Under the pieces are notes generated by a model that worked only from the letters and a program-made list of their open reading frames with translations, did no database searches and was not told where the DNA came from. Positions 61,661 through 64,000 of a DNA stretch of 64,000 nucleotides are shown here, piece after piece. The position numbers were made by a program, and so were the translations under genes. Each line of letters opens with the position of its first letter. The first letter of the stretch is position 1. Origin of the DNA: Azolla caroliniana (Eukaryota; Plantae; Polypodiophyta). The DNA is taken from assembly GCA_043228905.1 (NCBI GenBank), contig JBHGNT010000010.1, positions 13,888,001 to 13,952,000 of the forward strand. The letters run 5' to 3'.

Positions 61661-63166
61661 GTGTCCAATGTTAGCTCCTTTTGTTGTGTTGCAGTCCCAA
61701 GCGTCACAACAAGGGTTTCCCAACTATCCGGGAGAGAGCCTAACAATAACAAAGTCAACACCTCATTTGCTAGAGGTATTTCTAGCGAGACTGTTTGACT
61801 TATAAGTCCTTGAAACGTGTTTAGATGTTTTGCCATACTAGAGCCATCTTGATATCTAAGTCTTACAAGTTTCCTAAACACACAGACTCTATTTAAGGTA
61901 TTTTTGGTCTGAAACATAGTTTCGATTTTCCCCCATAACTCGTGTGCTTTGGTTTCATCAACGAAATTGTTATATAGACTCATATCTATAAAACAACGTA
62001 TGTATGATGTTTTTAGATGCATTGCTTCCCAAGTTAATGCATCTATGTTCTCCAGTTTGGTCATACCATGTCGTACGGGCAACCACATGTCCTTACATAC
62101 CAACATGTCCCTCATTTTGGACTTCCAAATGGGTTAGTTGGATCCCATCAGTTTAATCATCCCGCCTAATGATTCGTCCATATTCCAAGTCTTTGCGGAG
62201 GGTATGAACCTCTGCTCTGATACCACTTGTTGGGAATATGAGGCTGAATCGGGATGATTTAAACTTCAAACACAATTAACACTAGATGAAACCACAAGAC
62301 GAAAATGAGAGTACACCAAAAATTTTAACGTGGAAAACCCAAAGTAGGGAAAAACCACGGGAACCGTAGGTTCCAAACAACTTCACTATAATTTTGAGTA
62401 CAATGGAATACGACCTCACTAGAGGAGTGTATCTACCTCAAGGCAATGGACTTGGTTACAACCTTCACCCAATCGGGTGGATAGAATAACAAAGATTACA
62501 AGCTAAGTACGACATCTCTAGGTTTTGACCAGAGGAATGTACAAACCTCAAGGCAGCAGCCTTGGCTACACAATAGTGGGTACAAATGAGTACGGACTCT
62601 CTCTAGGTTTTGACTAGAAAAATGTACTAGCCTCAAGGCAACAACCTTGGCAACAATCTTCACCCAATTGGGTGGATATAACAACATTAAGCACAAGAAA
62701 TGTGCTAGCCTCAAGGCAACAACCTTGGCTACAATCTTCAGCCGATTGGGTGGATACAACAATGATAAGCACAGGAAATGTGCTAGCCTTAAGACAACAA
62801 CCTTGGCTACGATCCTCACCCGATTGGGTAGATAAACCAACAAACAAATAACCTTACAATTCTTCACCCAATTGGGTGGATAGAAAAACAAGCAAAACAG
62901 GAAACAAGAAAACAACACGAAACAATTAGGTCCCGCTCTCTTTCCTCCCTATTGTCCAACGTCTATATACCTGTGTTCACACTCACACACACAAAAGACA
63001 CACACCAAAAAACATACAAGGAAAAAGGGATATGTATATATAATTATAAATAATTATCACTTTCTCCTTTTTGGCCCCACTCCCCTCCCAATCGGCTGAG
63101 CAACTCTCAGTCGGCCCTTCGGCCCCCTTCACGTTGTGGGCTCCAGTTAAGTGGATAGACCCAACA
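61661..63166 (-). mobile_element. 5' part of Copia I (5' LTR 62228-63166, PBS, gag), inserted in C4H exon
   Basis: LTR TGTTGGG...CCCAACA, PBS complement GCTCTGATACCA at 62214-62225, gag LLLLGSLPDSWETLVVTL. Confidence 0.88.
62430..62890. repeat. Degenerate ~78-85-bp tandem repeats in LTR of I
   Basis: Recurring CTCAAGGCA...CCTTGGCTACA...TTGGGTGGATA. Confidence 0.75.
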
Positions 63167-64000
63167 CTATTGAGCATATCCTAGATGCGGAGAAGAATGG
63201 CAAAATCAATGAAGACAATGTTCTACACATAATCGAGAACATCAATGTGGCAGGTAGTAATGGGTTTCGTGATCTATGCTTAATACAAGTGTCCATAGTA
63301 TTCAGTGGTTTTAGTGTGATAAATTTAATGCGGAGTCTATATATAAGCGTTTGAGGTAAATTGTTTGGCTCTCTCTCTCTCTCTCTATGTGTCTCTCCAT
63401 GTACACAGCCATTGCGACCACCCTTTGGTCTGTCGAGTGGGGATTGGCAGAACTGGTGAACAACCCTGACATATAGAAGAAGGTACGCGATGAGCTCAAC
63501 ACCATGCTCGGCCAAGGCAATCTCATCTCGGAGCCAGACATCCCAAACTTGCCATATCTTCATGCCTTTATCAAGGAGACTATGAGATTGCACATTGCTA
63601 TTCCTCTGTTGGTGCCTCACATGAATCTAAAGCAGGCAAAGCTTAGGGGTTATGACATCCCGGCAGAGTAAGATGTTGGTGAATGCATGGTATCTTGCCA
63701 ACAACCCGGAGTCGTGGGATAAGCCTGAGGAGTTCCATCCTGACAGGTTTCTAGGCACCGAGAAGATTGAAGCCAATGGAAACGACTTTCGGTTCATACC
63801 CTTTGGGGTTGGGAGGAGGAGCTGCCCTGGTATCATCCTCGCAATACGTATACTGGCTATTGTTCTTGGACAGCTTGGGGCAATCCTTCGAGCTTTTGCC
63901 CACCACCCGGGCAAAACAAGGTGGACATGACAGGGAAGGGAGGGCAATTCAGCTTGTACATCATGAACAAGTCTATTGCGGTTTTGCAAACCTCTACTTT
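63167..64000 (+). pseudogene. C4H: Cinnamate 4-hydroxylase (CYP73A) pseudogene, last two exons; intron 63254-63408
   Basis: IEHILDAEKNGKINEDNVLHIIENINVA|AIATTLWSVEWG, KETMR, PLLVPHMN, EANGNDFRFIPFGVGRRSCPG and GGQFSL. TAG at 63474-63476; frameshifts near 63668 and 63880. Confidence 0.9.

Noticed and set aside
63151-63354. 67-aa ORF as an independent gene
   Set aside because: It is a chimera of LTR end, C4H exon and intron read-through.

Overview
This is plant nuclear DNA, probably from a large-genome non-seed plant such as a fern (inference), made almost entirely of nested LTR retrotransposons. It ends in a disrupted cinnamate 4-hydroxylase (CYP73A/C4H) pseudogene fragment. Nesting read from LTR ends and target-site duplications (TSDs): Gypsy A (<1-53244) contains Copia C1 (5671-49274). 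C1 contains Gypsy B (6555-~23587, itself holding the near-intact chromovirus D, 7735-14843) and Copia C2 (24719-49188). C2 holds two solo LTRs, Copia E (27982-33572) and an 11.65-kb head-to-tail array of a non-autonomous LTR element (5 LTRs, 4 internal regions with identical ORFs, period 2755 bp). Downstream are a degenerate Gypsy G carrying a very young RT-deleted chromovirus H (53531-58250), then Copia F, Copia I and the C4H remnant. Most notable: (1) the tandem Gag/RT-relic element array; (2) element H, with an apparent Tf1-like self-priming PBS, a tRNA-like Pol III promoter in its LTR and a -1 frameshift pseudoknot; (3) Gypsy A and B, which lack a polypurine tract (PPT), have a conserved hairpin in its place and carry a long extra 3' ORF; (4) Copia elements with two PPTs and an open Arg-rich Pol extension. 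Coordinates and family calls were made by eye, without database searches.
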